From NCBI GenBank assembly GCA_002394185.1, contig DGTB01000085.1, positions 1 through 45,730 on the forward strand: a stretch of DNA of 45,730 nucleotides, written 5' to 3'. The position numbers and the translations under genes are program-made. The notes under the pieces are model-generated. The model saw nothing but the letters and a program-made list of their open reading frames with translations, was not told where the DNA came from and ran no database searches. This DNA is from Bacteroidales bacterium UBA4347 (lineage in GTDB: Bacteria; Bacteroidota; Bacteroidia; Bacteroidales; P3). Position 1 is the first letter of the stretch, and the number at the start of each line of letters is the position of its first letter. Positions 45,518 through 45,730 of this stretch are shown here, piece by piece.

Positions 45518-45552
45518 GGGTTATGGGTTATGGGTTATAGGTTATAGGTTAA
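45518..45552 (+). repeat. C-free heptamer array GGGTTAT x3 plus AGGTTAT plus AGGTTAA
   Basis: Direct reading. Begins 9 nt upstream of the mntP start and uses the same word as 596..630, but in the opposite orientation relative to the adjacent gene. Confidence 0.9.
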
Positions 45553-45730
45553 AGTAAAATTAGTTTAATTAGTTTAATTCGTAGTCCTCTTAGTTCTGAA
45601 AGTCCTAAGAGCGTATTTCGTAGTTTATTATATATGTAATGACGAAAGAGATGTTTTTGTTCCATAATTCAAGGAAAAACAGAACACATTCTTGGTAGTT
45701 TCACGAAAAAGAAGTATCTTCGCAACATCT

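Noticed and set aside
596-45552. Heptamer arrays as CRISPR arrays
   Set aside because: Units are 7-11 nt and directly abutting, with no spacers. Arrays are only about 35 nt long, and there are no cas genes in the window.
45510-45730. yybP-ykoY manganese riboswitch upstream of mntP
   Set aside because: I could not find the conserved GGGGAGUAG, UUGACAUA or AGACCUUU blocks on the minus strand. The upstream region may also continue beyond the window.

Overview
GC-rich chromosomal segment that looks like Bacteroidota, probably Bacteroidales. Support: TAnnTTTG -7 promoter boxes, no Shine-Dalgarno sequences, many lipobox lipoproteins, a T9SS C-terminal sorting domain and a DUF5606-like gene. All calls come from reading the sequence and ORF track, with no database search. 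Positions 1-32.1 kb and 44.9-45.7 kb are ordinary core genes, many joined by ATGA stop/start overlaps: kal-like and CoA-transferase A (lysine fermentation), GtrA, aspartate aminotransferase, thioesterase, metG, nagK-like, pyrD/pyrK, lptF/G, rseP, dxr, M23 peptidase, ppiD-like, cdd, Y-family polymerase plus YolD-like, dusB, smpB, aspartate kinase, galM/galK, GNAT, UDG-family, aroB, U32 peptidase and mntP. Positions 32.2-44.9 kb are an accessory island with no integrase or tRNA in view. It holds a sigma-70/ECF-like factor with a putative anti-sigma, small envelope proteins, a T9SS-CTD protein and a lipocalin-like lipoprotein. These are followed by an Rhs/YD-repeat polymorphic-toxin locus with one resident tail and two orphan tail-plus-immunity cassettes, one intact (metzincin HExxHxxGxxH) and one decayed. 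The Rhs N-terminal lipoprotein leader is out of frame with the repeat shell. The island ends with a three-gene HipB-HipS-HipT (split HipA) toxin-antitoxin module. A second signal is independent of gene content. About 35-nt modules of five degenerate heptamers, nearly free of C on one strand, occur in intergenic spacers and also in-frame inside four unrelated CDSs (nagK-like, aspartate kinase, aroB, T9SS protein), always in the stop-free orientation. Related words build intergenic hairpins, and a hairpin-plus-11-mer element is present in two copies. Other oddities: a secreted Ser/Arg-rich protein with 42-bp tandem repeats, dxr without a canonical start codon, and a 165-nt element closed by a 17-bp inverted repeat.
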